64,000 bases of DNA from an uncultured Eubacteriales bacterium (lineage in GTDB: Bacteria > Bacillota > Clostridia > Oscillospirales > Acutalibacteraceae), in the NCBI GenBank assembly GCA_964613045.1, contig CAZTFS010000002.1:11108-75107 (forward strand), in the 5' to 3' direction. Shown here one piece after another: positions 63,438 to 64,000 of this stretch. A model generated the notes under the pieces. That model had not been told where the DNA came from, did not search any database, and saw nothing but the letters and a program-made list of their open reading frames with translations. Every line of letters starts with the position of its first letter. Position 1 is the stretch's first letter. The position numbers were made by a program, and so were the translations under genes.

Positions 63438-64000
63438 TTGGCTGTAAAGATCAGCGAAGTTGATATGGATTCACTCTGTGGCAGAAAAGGTATTGCCGCA
63501 GGGTTTGTTTTGCTTTCTGTAAACGGTCACGATATTAATGATGTGCTTGATTATCGGTTTTATGCTTCCTCCAAGCGTATAAATGTTATTTTTAAAGATG
63601 CTGAAGATAATGAATTTTCTCTCCATCTGAAGACTCACGGAGATGTTGACGAGCTCGGACTCAGATTTGATACTTATCTGATGGACAAGCAGCATTCCTG
63701 TAAAAATAAGTGTATTTTCTGTTTTGTCGATCAGATGCCGCATGGTATGAGAAAAAGTCTTTATTTTAAAGATGATGATTCCAGACTTTCTTTTCTTTTC
63801 GGAAACTACGTAACTTTGACCAATATGACGGAAGCGGATATCAACAGGCTGGTGGAAATGCATATTTCCCCCGTTAATATTTCCGTTCACACAATGAATC
63901 CCGATCTTCGTGTGAAAATGATGAAAAATCCCCATGCAGGTGATGTTCTCAGATATCTCAAGATGCTTGCAGACGGCGGAATAGAAATAAATGCTCAGCT
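63438..64000 (+). CDS. PDZ-domain radical SAM protein (DUF512 family), 5' partial; runs off the window and is absent from the supplied ORF track
   Basis: My own translation from TTG 63438 (GGGAGGA RBS at 63424-63430): AVKISEVDMDSLCGRKGIAAGFVLLSVNGHDIND...CKNKCIFC (CX3CX2C)...FLFGNYVTLTN. No stop before position 64000. Confidence 0.75.
   Translation, partial: MAVKISEVDMDSLCGRKGIAAGFVLLSVNGHDINDVLDYRFYASSKRINVIFKDAEDNEFSLHLKTHGDVDELGLRFDTYLMDKQHSCKNKCIFCFVDQMPHGMRKSLYFKDDDSRLSFLFGNYVTLTNMTEADINRLVEMHISPVNISVHTMNPDLRVKMMKNPHAGDVLRYLKMLADGGIEINAQ

Noticed and set aside
63471-63935. A 154-aa minus-strand ORF at the window end.
   Set aside because: The opposite strand encodes a convincing radical SAM/PDZ protein with an RBS, and this ORF has no features.
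1-64000. A search by eye for tRNA, rRNA, CRISPR repeats, IS or transposase, integrase, phage, toxin-antitoxin or known defence-system genes.
   Set aside because: I recognised none. The intergenic regions are short and are accounted for by promoters and terminators, and no spaced repeat arrays or recombinase motifs were seen. A by-eye scan can miss short or degenerate elements.

Overview
By eye this is an AT-rich chromosomal segment from a Gram-positive anaerobe. It looks Clostridia/Oscillospiraceae (Ruminococcus-like): a dockerin module, spoIIR, and the pyrH-frr-uppS-cdsA-dxr-rseP-ispG cluster are all present. About 52 protein genes are densely packed. I saw no rRNA, tRNA, CRISPR array, transposase, integrase or phage genes.

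Housekeeping genes include alr, murC, pgi, rpmF, mtaB, ispE and a D-Ala-D-Ala carboxypeptidase. Between them sit accessory carbohydrate and envelope genes: GH13, GH38, a 1028-aa GH-like protein, esterases, a GH25 lysozyme with a dockerin, a 1170-aa protein with two metallophosphoesterase domains, and NahK.

The most unusual locus is at the 5' end. A T-box leader precedes an operon whose first ORF fuses a complete AspRS in frame, through a low-complexity linker, to a GatC-like tail. It is followed by a shortened GatA with a degenerate amidase signature, a canonical GatB, and an AlaX-type editing protein.

Other items worth a second look:
- a tightly coupled four-gene GH13 operon with two unrecognised propeller proteins and a perfect palindromic operator
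- an HxxxDG acyltransferase and a zinc-ribbon membrane protein coupled to ispG
- a probably leaderless HAD hydrolase gene
- tandem 17-bp repeats upstream of the phosphoesterase gene

All family calls come from motif reading and from-memory alignment. No searches were run.
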